A stretch of DNA of 64,000 bases from the IMG/VR virus record IMGVR_UViG_3300029131_000181, one strand, 5' to 3'. Made by a program: the position numbers and the translations under genes. This stretch comes from a virus. Under the pieces are notes generated by a model. That model ran no database searches. It was not told where the DNA came from and saw nothing but the letters and a program-made list of their open reading frames with translations. This document shows positions 43,690 to 52,320 of the stretch, piece after piece (within the stretch, counting starts at the first letter, position 1; each line of letters starts with the position of its first letter).

Positions 43690-45384
43690 TTACATCTCTG
43701 CGTTAAACAGGTTGCGGAGCTTGTAGGTGATATCCTCGCTGTTGCCGACGATAGCTGCCGCTTCGTTGATGGAAGCGAGCTCCGAAAGACTATCCGCTGC
43801 GTAGTTGTAGCTGATGGTGTAAATGGGGATATCCATACCGGCAATGATGTTCTTCGTATCGGAGAAGCCATATCCGGTATTGTTGTCACCGTCCGTGAGC
43901 ACAAAGATGATGGGCGTGCAATTCCCACCCAGTTCCTGAGATTTCTGGTAGATGCGGTCCATAGCAACGCAAAGACCGTTGTACATTGCGGTGCTGCCGT
44001 TCGCATCGAGGGAGTTCACGGCACCCTTATACAGAGTTTTCTGGGTCAGAGAGAACTGGTTAATGGGCAGGTATTCCCTGACATCTGAATCAAAGCCAAT
44101 GATGCCGATATAGTTGTCGTCATTGATATACTGGATGGTGTTTATCATCGCGGTTTTCAGGGCATTCAGGGGTTCGCCGCGCATCGAGCCGGAAGTATCG
44201 ACAACGAACTCTGCCACAATAGGAATGCCTGAGTCCTTCTCTTCTTTCCAGACACTCTGAGCCTGTGCGATGGTGTTGCCATCGTATGCCTTGCCTGTAT
44301 AAGCATAGTCGTCAAGACCATTGAATCCGTCCTTGGTCGCCTCTGCCTGGTTCTGAGCGCAGAAGGAAACGAAGGCAGCAATAACTTCCTTCTTCTCCGC
44401 AGAGACATTCCCGATGGAATACAGAGGATTATCGTGCCGTACACCGAACGGGATGAACTCGTAGTTGCGCTGTAAGGTCGGGTCATTCTGATAAGACTGA
44501 TACTCCATGACAACGCCGTCCACGATGCCCTTGTCTGCCGACTGGACCATCTGCTGGGTCGTGAAGGATACGAGAGGGACGTTCGCTTGAAATTTCTGGA
44601 AATTCTCAACAGCAGCCGTATCGACAATCGTATCGCTGCCGCTGCTCGCAAGAGCCTCAAGCAGAAAATTAAGACCCGTAGCACTTGTGTAGGGGTTCGA
44701 GTATCCCATCATGAGTTTGCCATCGATGGTTGCGTTCAGAACGGAAGAAACAGACGCTTCACCGTATTCAGAGCGAAGCATATCCCCTGTCTTCTTTGAT
44801 ACGAGAATACCCGCCACATTGCCGACCAGACGGTCAGCCTCAACGGTCAATTCTACGCCCTCGTTCTTCACCAGCTCGCCAAAGAGCGTATTTGAGGGGG
44901 TATAGCACTCGGGCTGATACTTTCCCGTCGAGATGTACTCAGCCGCCGTACCGGACGGAATGGAGCGCAGGGAGACACTCATAGTCTTGTCTCCGGAAGT
45001 CTTGTTGTGCTGGGCGTTGAACTTCTTTGCCATTTCGGTCAGGAAAGAATCTGAGCCGGACTCTGCTGCTTTCTCGCCAGAGGAAAAGATTTCGATGTTC
45101 ACATCTCCGTTTCCTACGACCACGAATGGGTAGGAGGATTCAATGTCGGGCAGTTCATCCTTTGCATCAAGGAATTCAGAGACATCCAGCTGCTGAGGAT
45201 TGACCTTGACCTCCTGCACGCCGATGCGCTTCATCTTGCTGCTCAAGTTGGCATATGCCTGCTCGGACGTCATTGTACTAATGCTGACGTTTGAGTCCCT
45301 CATCACCGTCATCGAAAATACTCCGAGAACAACGCCTACCACAGCAATGGTTGCAACCACAGGGAAAATGTTCTTTTTTGTCAC
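43690..45384 (-). CDS. membrane-anchored vWA-domain protein
   Basis: GTG start after AAAGGAG. N-terminal TM IFPVVATIAVVGVVLGVF. C-terminal MIDAS VVDTSGSMRGEP..TAMYNGL..LTDGDNN. Confidence 0.85.
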   Translation of the reverse strand: MTKKNIFPVVATIAVVGVVLGVFSMTVMRDSNVSISTMTSEQAYANLSSKMKRIGVQEVKVNPQQLDVSEFLDAKDELPDIESSYPFVVVGNGDVNIEIFSSGEKAAESGSDSFLTEMAKKFNAQHNKTSGDKTMSVSLRSIPSGTAAEYISTGKYQPECYTPSNTLFGELVKNEGVELTVEADRLVGNVAGILVSKKTGDMLRSEYGEASVSSVLNATIDGKLMMGYSNPYTSATGLNFLLEALASSGSDTIVDTAAVENFQKFQANVPLVSFTTQQMVQSADKGIVDGVVMEYQSYQNDPTLQRNYEFIPFGVRHDNPLYSIGNVSAEKKEVIAAFVSFCAQNQAEATKDGFNGLDDYAYTGKAYDGNTIAQAQSVWKEEKDSGIPIVAEFVVDTSGSMRGEPLNALKTAMINTIQYINDDNYIGIIGFDSDVREYLPINQFSLTQKTLYKGAVNSLDANGSTAMYNGLCVAMDRIYQKSQELGGNCTPIIFVLTDGDNNTGYGFSDTKNIIAGMDIPIYTISYNYAADSLSELASINEAAAIVGNSEDITYKLRNLFNAEM

Positions 45385-45385
45385 G

Positions 45386-46189
45386 TTAAATTTCTCCTTT
45401 CAAGTTGTTATATCGTTTCATAGCCTCACGACTGATATCTTCATCCTGTTCAATATCCTGCGTCGTCTTGTTAATGACAGCATCGAGCTTTGACATTGCG
45501 AGCACAACCTCTGTATCCCACGGATTCTGGGCAGAACGTTGGTTCAGAGCGTATGCTAAAGAATCCAATCGGAGGATTAAGCGCTCATTGTCATGAACTA
45601 CCTTATCCACGGTACTTACGATACCATTGTAGATTTCTTTCTTTTTCTGCGCTTCTTCTTTGTTTCCAAACGAGATAGAGCCTTGACAGAAAGCCTTGTA
45701 TTCCGTTTCATCAAACATTGAAGCCGAGCGAATCGCGTCATCCAGTCGGTCATAGAAGATACGTTCTGCGGATTCCAATAACGTTAGGCACTTGGCTTGT
45801 TCCCCGGATGTCTTGCTATCCTGGGTCATGCTGTAGGCAACGGCCATTTTTTGCCCGAAGCGCCGTACCTGATACAGCATTTGGTCAGCCTGCTCTGAGA
45901 AGACGCTTTTTGTCTTTACTGCCGTTTGAATTTTGTTGGTATACAGCTCTTCTTTGCTTGTAGGCCGTTCAGATGCAGCAGAAGCCGCAGCTTTCTGCTT
46001 TTTGAGAAAATTGCGATATGCAATGTAGGCGCAGAGCAGCAGGAACAGGACTGGCGTGCCATATTTCGCAAGGAGGATAAGGAACAGCGATGTTCCGTGC
46101 ATGTATTCGATAGTGTAATAGGTGCTGATATAGGTTTCGACCATGTAGACTATAGCCGCTGCTATGATAATCAAACTCACGCCGAGCAT
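45386..46189 (-). CDS. membrane protein with helical cytoplasmic domain
   Basis: Trimmed to MLGVSLIIIAAAIVYMV (GGAGAGG RBS). Two N-terminal TM segments. The stop abuts the vWA start. Confidence 0.65.
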   Translation of the reverse strand: MLGVSLIIIAAAIVYMVETYISTYYTIEYMHGTSLFLILLAKYGTPVLFLLLCAYIAYRNFLKKQKAAASAASERPTSKEELYTNKIQTAVKTKSVFSEQADQMLYQVRRFGQKMAVAYSMTQDSKTSGEQAKCLTLLESAERIFYDRLDDAIRSASMFDETEYKAFCQGSISFGNKEEAQKKKEIYNGIVSTVDKVVHDNERLILRLDSLAYALNQRSAQNPWDTEVVLAMSKLDAVINKTTQDIEQDEDISREAMKRYNNLKGEI

Positions 46190-46259
46190 TAACTTCACCT
46201 CTCCGGTTTTACTCTATTTGCTATCAAGAGGGCTTGATACGAAGTATCTTTTGCTTCTA

Positions 46260-46287
46260 ATTATCTTCGATTCGCACGATTCAGCAA
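46260..46287 (-). promoter_or_regulatory. motif-class promoter, copy 15
   Basis: TTGCTG-AATCGTGCGAATCGAA-GATAAT. Confidence 0.55.
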
Positions 46288-46409
46288 CAAAGCCTTAACA
46301 TGCAAAAAAGACAGTCACCCTAATTGGATGGCTACCATGAACTTTTCGTTTGCGTCACAACAGAAAAAAGGATGGCTCTTTCGAGTCACCCTCTTTTTAT
46401 TCGTTGTCT

Positions 46410-48053
46410 TTAATCTTTGGCCTTTTTGTCTTTCATGATAGCCTTCTCTTCTTCGGTCACATCCGGTCGAAAATGAGTGACTTCCTCACCGTTGAGACTC
46501 TTCTCATGAATTAGATAGCCGCCTTCTACGCGTTCCATAGCATTGACACCTCCTTCCTTTTCACTATTCACAGGCTGTTCGCCTTGATTCATGATGTTGA
46601 TGTTGCGGTCGGTCTTTGCCTGGATGCTGTTGGCACGGACAATTTCGCCCATGTCGATTCCGGTCGCTTCTTTCACCGTCTGCATGGTTTGAGCCATCAG
46701 GATAGGAACGTTCCCGGAAACGCCGGATACGCCGGAGGCGTCACCGCCAATGATAGAAACCTTATCAATGCTGGACAAAGGCTGAGCCACGCTTTTGGCA
46801 ATGTCAGGAAGAACCTTGATGAGCATTTCAGCCACAGCCGCATCGTTATACTGCTTATATGCCTCTGCTTTCTGTTTCATGGCTTCCGCTTCAGCCAAGC
46901 CTTTCTGACGAATCGCTTCAGCTTCTGCCTTACCGACAAGTTCAATGCCTTCTGCTTCCTGCTGCTTGGAGAACTTCTGTGCCTCAGCTGCACGTTCCGC
47001 CTCATATTTCTTGGCTTCTGCCTCTTTCTGGCGGCGGTACAGGTCAGCATCTGCCTGTTTGCGGACTTCCGCATCCAGTTTGCGCTGCTGGACCTCGGCT
47101 TCCTGTGCGGCAAGGTCTACCATTTTCTTCTGCTTGGCGATTTCAGCATCCGCTTCCGCTTCTTTGATTTCTTTGGCGCGGAGATTCATCTGAATCTGAC
47201 CGGCAGCATCTGCGTCAGCCGCAGCTTTATCAGCTTCAGCTTTCAGCTTTGCCTTGGCGAGCTGCAATTCATTGTTGCGTTTTGCAATCGCAGTCTGCGC
47301 TTCAACTTCCTTGGCATTTGCAGCCATCTCAGCATCGGCCTTCGCGCAGGCTACATCACGGGCAGCCTGAGCACGGGCAATTTCAGCCTGTTTTTTCACA
47401 AGCTCTTCCTGTTCAATGCCGATAGCCTCAATGACGCCGTGGTTGTGGCCCTGAACATCCACCGCATCCCTGATATCCTGGACGTTAAAAGTCACGACCT
47501 CAAGTCCCATCTTAGCAAGGTCGGGGCGAGCATTCTCGATAACGCTCACAGCCATCTGCTTGCGGTTCGTCAGAATTTGGTCGACGGTCATGTCAGAGAC
47601 AATCTCACGCAAATTGCCCTGCAGAACGTCATTAACTTTCTCATTGATGCCCTGCTCGTTCATGCCCAGAAAGTTCGAGATGGCTGCCTGTTGGCGGGAC
47701 ATGATGTACGCCTTGGCGTCTTTCAGACCGGATGCCTTCACTTCTTCATCCAGAACGGTAGAGTTTTCGCTGTAGACTTGAATCGTGACAACAGAGTCAA
47801 TCCAGAGACTTACGCCGTTCTTCGTCTTAACACCTGTTTCAGGAGTTTTGACGTCAATTTTCAGAAGGCGCATATTTAGCCGGTCAGCCCGCTGAAGAAC
47901 GGGCAGAACAAATGTACCTTTTCCGCAAACTACTTTAGGCTTAGACAGACCAAAGCCGGTCACAACGATAGCCTCCGTGGGCGGAGCTTTCTTGTAGCAG
48001 AGAAATCCAAAGAGAATAATCAGGGCTGCCACAATCGCAATCACATATACCAT
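46410..48053 (-). CDS. flotillin-like SPFH/band-7 protein
   Basis: N-terminal TM, SPFH core (VVTGFG..VLPVLQRADRLNMRLLKIDV) and a long Ala/Glu/Lys-rich coiled-coil repeat region. Confidence 0.9.
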   Translation of the reverse strand: MVYVIAIVAALIILFGFLCYKKAPPTEAIVVTGFGLSKPKVVCGKGTFVLPVLQRADRLNMRLLKIDVKTPETGVKTKNGVSLWIDSVVTIQVYSENSTVLDEEVKASGLKDAKAYIMSRQQAAISNFLGMNEQGINEKVNDVLQGNLREIVSDMTVDQILTNRKQMAVSVIENARPDLAKMGLEVVTFNVQDIRDAVDVQGHNHGVIEAIGIEQEELVKKQAEIARAQAARDVACAKADAEMAANAKEVEAQTAIAKRNNELQLAKAKLKAEADKAAADADAAGQIQMNLRAKEIKEAEADAEIAKQKKMVDLAAQEAEVQQRKLDAEVRKQADADLYRRQKEAEAKKYEAERAAEAQKFSKQQEAEGIELVGKAEAEAIRQKGLAEAEAMKQKAEAYKQYNDAAVAEMLIKVLPDIAKSVAQPLSSIDKVSIIGGDASGVSGVSGNVPILMAQTMQTVKEATGIDMGEIVRANSIQAKTDRNINIMNQGEQPVNSEKEGGVNAMERVEGGYLIHEKSLNGEEVTHFRPDVTEEEKAIMKDKKAKD

Positions 48054-48146
48054 AATTTTTGTTTCTCCACATTCAGTTTTTTAGCTGCTAAGATTCTCAT
48101 CCCTACTGCATCGGTATCGCCCCATCTCACAATCGCTCTGTCTTTA

Positions 48147-48174
48147 ATTGTCTGCAATTCGCACGATTCCGCAA
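48147..48174 (-). promoter_or_regulatory. motif-class promoter, copy 16
   Basis: TTGCGG-AATCGTGCGAATTGCA-GACAAT, upstream of the flotillin gene. Confidence 0.6.
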
Positions 48175-48210
48175 TAAACAAAACCCACAGGTGAGAGAAT
48201 GACCTGTGGG
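48173..48210 (-). terminator. rho-independent terminator of mini-transcript
   Basis: Minus strand CCCACAGGTCATTCTCTCACCTGTGGGTTTTGTTTATT. Confidence 0.75.
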
Positions 48211-48307
48211 CTTCGAAAAGAGGTAATTATGCGCAAGCAGACACGGCATCGATTCGTGGCGACCAACTACAATCACTACAAATGTCTCTTGCCGTTTCTC
48301 TTGTACA
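48178..48307 (-). ncRNA. candidate sRNA (promoter copy 17 to terminator)
   Basis: ~125-nt unit bounded by a motif promoter and a strong terminator. No RBS-preceded ORF. Confidence 0.4.
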
Positions 48308-48313
48308 ATTCTT

Positions 48314-48341
48314 ATTGTACGAAGTTCGCACAGCAGCGCAA
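48314..48341 (-). promoter_or_regulatory. motif-class promoter, copy 17
   Basis: TTGCGC-TGCTGTGCGAACTTCG-TACAAT. Confidence 0.55.
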
Positions 48342-48374
48342 GAGCAAATTTGCTTGGTTCCAAATATTTTCAAG

Positions 48375-48415
48375 TTGCAAAATTAGCTAACTTTGTGTAT
48401 AATATAATTAGCTAA
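48375..48415 (+). promoter_or_regulatory. toxin-antitoxin promoter with two palindromic operators
   Basis: TTGCAA-N17-TATAAT (48375-48403). The TTAGCTAA palindrome occurs at 48383-48390 and 48408-48415. Confidence 0.65.
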
Positions 48416-48430
48416 AAGGAGGTGTCAGTT

Positions 48431-48673
48431 ATGATTACTGCTACTGCAACCGCAACTGAAATGCAGAATAATTTTGGAAGATACTTGAATCTCGTTATGT
48501 CTGGTCAGGAAATAATCGTAACAAAAAACGGCCGTGAAGTGGGTCGTTTCATTCCCAAAGATGCTGCCGTTTCCTATCTCACAGATTCCCTCACCGGCAT
48601 CCTTAAAGGAAATTACAACCTTGACGAAGTGAAAGAGGAAAGGCTGAGAGAAAAGTATGACCTTACTGATTGA
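48431..48673 (+). CDS. Phd/YefM-type antitoxin
   Basis: ATG 8 nt after GGAGG. MITATATATEMQNNFGRYLNLVMSGQEIIVTKNGREVGRFIP is the typical Phd/YefM N-terminus. Overlaps the toxin start. Confidence 0.8.
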   Translation: MITATATATEMQNNFGRYLNLVMSGQEIIVTKNGREVGRFIPKDAAVSYLTDSLTGILKGNYNLDEVKEERLREKYDLTD

Positions 48674-49064
48674 CGCTAACATCGTATTGGATGTATTGCA
48701 AAACCGAGAAAACTTTGTGAAGGAATCCGCGATGATATGGAAGCTATGCGAAACAGAGCAAGCAAAAGGCTATATTTCCACGCTATCCTTCGCAAATATT
48801 ATGTATATTCTCCGAAAAGAACTCACTTCCGATAAAATCGAAGAAGTATATCACAAACTGTGTTTGATTTTTGAATTTGCTGATTTCAGTTCTTCTATTC
48901 TTTCAAAAGCTGTTGAAATGAACTGGAAGGATTTTGAAGATGCAGTTCAAAGTGCTACTGCAGAACAAATTCATGCCGATTATATTATTACAAGAAACGT
49001 TCGTGATTTCACAAGAAGCAAAGTAGTCGCATTTACTCCGACAGAACTTCTAATGAGAATCTGA
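48657..49064 (+). CDS. PIN-domain (VapC-like) toxin
   Basis: LLIDANIVLD, DFEDAVQ and ITRNVRDF provide the PIN acidic residues. Confidence 0.85.
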   Translation: MTLLIDANIVLDVLQNRENFVKESAMIWKLCETEQAKGYISTLSFANIMYILRKELTSDKIEEVYHKLCLIFEFADFSSSILSKAVEMNWKDFEDAVQSATAEQIHADYIITRNVRDFTRSKVVAFTPTELLMRI

Positions 49065-49236
49065 CGTTCGAGCCTCACGCGACCCCCTTAGAAAGTGTTG
49101 CGTATCCGGACGCGCAGGTCGTTAACGCCAACACATTGCAAAAGTAAAGCATTCATGAACGATTTTGCGATTTAGCCCTGTAATCACCAAAATATGGTAT
49201 AATGCATTTGTAAAGAAATGTAGAAAGAAAAGAATT

Positions 49237-50634
49237 ATGACAATCGGAGATATCCTGATACAAATAAATCAAGCAAATCTCGACACGATGCTTCCCCTTA
49301 CAGCAGTGAAAACAAGCGCAGATATCGAACGGTACTACAAAGAAGGCTACAGTGTCGGCATAACGGCCGACGAATTTGCTAAGAAGTATCCGAGGCTTCC
49401 TGTCGCCAGAATCTATGCTACGCACAATATGCTTGCTCCTCTTTATTATTGCGAGCTCGATAGCACGACCGTTCCCATTGTTCTCTCTCTGAACATTTAC
49501 GGGGACAAGCGTCTGGCTGTGAACGGCGAATCGGACGAAAAGTTTCAGCAGAGAGTTCTGGATATGGCCGAGAAAATCTCATCGGGAAACGCCCCCTTCA
49601 TTCGCAGCTACCTCTTTTCCCTGGAAAACAGCCTTCGTGTGTCTGTTCTTTCCAGGTACATTGAGTTGTCTAACCCTGACGAGGACCTGTACTCACTCTT
49701 TCTGGACCTTTATCGTACCAGCGACTTTGGCTTCTCTGCTCTCAAGGAGGATGACCTCCAAAAAGTCTTTGCCGAAAAATCTCAGAAACAAAAGCAGGAT
49801 ACTATAAAGAGGCTATCCAGCCTGCCGGATACCGTGACTGTTTATCGTGGGGAAGGCAGCAAGTCTACTACATACAAAAAGTCCTTTTCCTGGACCACGA
49901 GCTACAAGGCAGCCTGTTTCTTCGCCTGCCGCATTCCGAGTCTCGAGAACAGCAGAATCATCACTGCCCATATCAACAAAAGTGATATTATCGAGTATTT
50001 TCCGGACGATGAGGAAAAAGAGGTCCTTGTCCCCACGGCTGCCGTAAAAGATGTAAAGGTCGATGTGCTTCTCGGTATCAACGCTCTGACAGACGAAATC
50101 CAGGCGTTCTACCCTCTCTACCAGCACTACCGGAGCCGCATTTCCACTCTGTATGATGCTTATGGCCGGGCTAATGATGAGGAGCACGACGCCGAGCATA
50201 CGCTGCGAGTTCTCTTTGATGCGCTGCTTTTGGTTCAGGTTCAGGGCATTGCCTTAACAAGAAAAGAATCCCACCAGCTATGTGATGCGATTCTTTACCA
50301 TGATATTGGGCGGACAAACGATGATGTCGATGACAGCCACGGAGCAAAGTCTAGGGACATTTATTATGACACAGTCTCCGACTGCAATCCGGCAACTGCT
50401 TTCCTCATCGAGTATCATTGCTTGGATGACCGCAAGGCTCTTGCAGACCTCAAAACATCCAATATTCGAAACAAAGAACGGGTGTGGCTGCTATATACGA
50501 TTCTCAAGGATGCAGATGCTTTAGACCGTGTGCGGTTCGGGATGCGGGCCGTGGACCCTAAGTATTTCCGCAACGAGATAACCCACAAACTACTGCCCAC
50601 TGCGCAGAGCTGTGTAGGGCAGCTGAAACTATGA
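49237..50634 (+). CDS. R-S-E ADP-ribosyltransferase fused to an HD-domain phosphohydrolase
   Basis: TVYRGEG (R), FSWTTS (S-T-S) and EEKEVLVP (E-x-E). C-terminal HDAEH..LYHDIGR..DD..HG is an HD motif. TGGTATAAT at 49195-49203. Confidence 0.75.
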   Translation: MTIGDILIQINQANLDTMLPLTAVKTSADIERYYKEGYSVGITADEFAKKYPRLPVARIYATHNMLAPLYYCELDSTTVPIVLSLNIYGDKRLAVNGESDEKFQQRVLDMAEKISSGNAPFIRSYLFSLENSLRVSVLSRYIELSNPDEDLYSLFLDLYRTSDFGFSALKEDDLQKVFAEKSQKQKQDTIKRLSSLPDTVTVYRGEGSKSTTYKKSFSWTTSYKAACFFACRIPSLENSRIITAHINKSDIIEYFPDDEEKEVLVPTAAVKDVKVDVLLGINALTDEIQAFYPLYQHYRSRISTLYDAYGRANDEEHDAEHTLRVLFDALLLVQVQGIALTRKESHQLCDAILYHDIGRTNDDVDDSHGAKSRDIYYDTVSDCNPATAFLIEYHCLDDRKALADLKTSNIRNKERVWLLYTILKDADALDRVRFGMRAVDPKYFRNEITHKLLPTAQSCVGQLKL

Positions 50635-50644
50635 GGAGGATACT

Positions 50645-52174
50645 GTGCAGAACGAAAATGGTGTTTTGGCAGTGCAGGAAGATTTCGGTAATGCCTTAGT
50701 CGATAAATACGCACCGGTATGGGATAAGAAGTATCGGAGCAAAGGCGAGTCTATCTGGGTATTTCAGAGAAGAACCCTGTCCAGCGCTTGCCAGGTTGCG
50801 ACGACATTGCATGACATAGATTTTGGGAAAGCATCTACTTTCCTCTTTCACCTGGCCCGTGGAGCTGAGGAGTGCAAACCCATCATTGATGCCGTCAGCT
50901 CTCAGGTAGAGCTTGCCATGGCAAACCCCGACAAGTTCATTAAAGGCTATCATCAGTTTTTGCAGGGGCTCACAAAGCCCATCAAGAAGAATAAGGACTA
51001 TGCTCTGTATTTCAAGGCTATTGCTTATGCGCAGGAATGTGTTTATTCAGGATTATCCATTGACGGAGTTATGGAACGTAATGATTCTGTCCTGTACGCG
51101 GTAATCGATATGCTGATGCAGGGGAGCGAATACCTCAAGCCTCAGGAATTCGATATTGTGAACAACATTGTCGGTATCTCAACTGAGAACGAGCCAATCA
51201 TCATCCGGGACCCCTATCCCCTCGCCGATGTTCCTGTCTATTATAGTGATGCTCTTTTCAACAATCGGCCATACGACAAATGTGAATCTCAGATTTCTGA
51301 AGACAGACGCTTGGATATGGTCTTTTCGTACTATAAGCGTTATGGTTATGAGGACGTTGCCGACTTCGACAGCATCAACAACCTCGCTTTGCTCTCACAT
51401 CTGTATACGAACACAGTCCTTTCGATGGCTACCTATGTGAACGAGTATACCGTGGACATGCTGCCGGACAAGCCGCTGATTGAGAATACTCCGAACATGT
51501 GGTCCTGGTGGCCAAAGCCCATCTCACCAAAATATACGACAGAGTTTCTGAAAGATACGCTGCACCATCGCCGCAGAACTCTTCCCGCCAACGGTGCATT
51601 GTTTCAGTTTGATGCCTGCCAACTGATACAGGAAATTAAGCTGAAAGAGACTTGCCGCGACAACGAGATTGTGTGTCTGTATAAAATCGTAACCAAGTTC
51701 GGTGACCTGGCCGGATACTATAACACAAGCACCGAGTGGTTTTATATTTTGACTGACCGAGCTCAATTTCCAGAGCTGGTTGACAGCGTCACGAATCTGA
51801 TTCTCTGGCTGTACACTTCTCTCGTCTGTGATTTGCCGGATGTCCTGCCCACTGATGCGTCGTTCCGGTCTTCGTTTGTGACACACGCGGATACTCCATT
51901 CGGGATTCGTTGTCTGATGATTGGCGGCAAGCCCCGCGATTATCGCAAGAAAGACAATGAAGACGATGAGCCGCTGCGAGTGTTCGACAAGTCCAAGTAT
52001 GATGCTTCGTCCAAGAACATCAATGGTTTTATTCGTCGCCTGCCTGCCGGGCAGAAAGCGAGTGAACGTGCTACCATGATAGCTGAAAGCTATGGCTATG
52101 AGCTGAAGAGTGATGAAACCTATGTAACGCCGTTCGTTAGAAGGCAGTGGCTGAAAAAGAAAACTGAAGAATAA
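50645..52174 (+). CDS. hypothetical 509-aa protein
   Basis: GTG start after GAGGAGG, 10 nt after the ART-HD stop. No motif recognised. Confidence 0.65.
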   Translation: MQNENGVLAVQEDFGNALVDKYAPVWDKKYRSKGESIWVFQRRTLSSACQVATTLHDIDFGKASTFLFHLARGAEECKPIIDAVSSQVELAMANPDKFIKGYHQFLQGLTKPIKKNKDYALYFKAIAYAQECVYSGLSIDGVMERNDSVLYAVIDMLMQGSEYLKPQEFDIVNNIVGISTENEPIIIRDPYPLADVPVYYSDALFNNRPYDKCESQISEDRRLDMVFSYYKRYGYEDVADFDSINNLALLSHLYTNTVLSMATYVNEYTVDMLPDKPLIENTPNMWSWWPKPISPKYTTEFLKDTLHHRRRTLPANGALFQFDACQLIQEIKLKETCRDNEIVCLYKIVTKFGDLAGYYNTSTEWFYILTDRAQFPELVDSVTNLILWLYTSLVCDLPDVLPTDASFRSSFVTHADTPFGIRCLMIGGKPRDYRKKDNEDDEPLRVFDKSKYDASSKNINGFIRRLPAGQKASERATMIAESYGYELKSDETYVTPFVRRQWLKKKTEE

Positions 52175-52180
52175 ACACGA

Positions 52181-52216
52181 AAGCGCCCACCGAAGATGGT
52201 GAGCGCTTTAATTTTT
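52181..52216 (+). terminator. rho-independent terminator
   Basis: AAGCGCCCACCGAAGATGGTGAGCGCTTTAATTTTT. Confidence 0.75.
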
Positions 52217-52320
52217 CCGTTCCAGAAAAATTTTCCCAAAAATACTAAAAGTTTTTTGAACTCAGAAAAGTTTTGCTGTTTTCCCAAGATTTTTTTTGGT
52301 TTTGGAAAATTATGCGGCTA

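Noticed and set aside
10907-44209. The two 109-bp vWA repeats as attL/attR of a 33-kb insertion into the vWA gene.
   Set aside because: Sequence beyond the short copy does not continue the vWA reading frame or homology in either direction, and no integrase is visible. A recombination scar is more likely.
48127-48363. 78-aa minus-strand ORF.
   Set aside because: It spans a promoter motif, a terminator hairpin and a second promoter, and has no RBS. The region is better explained as regulatory or small-RNA sequence.
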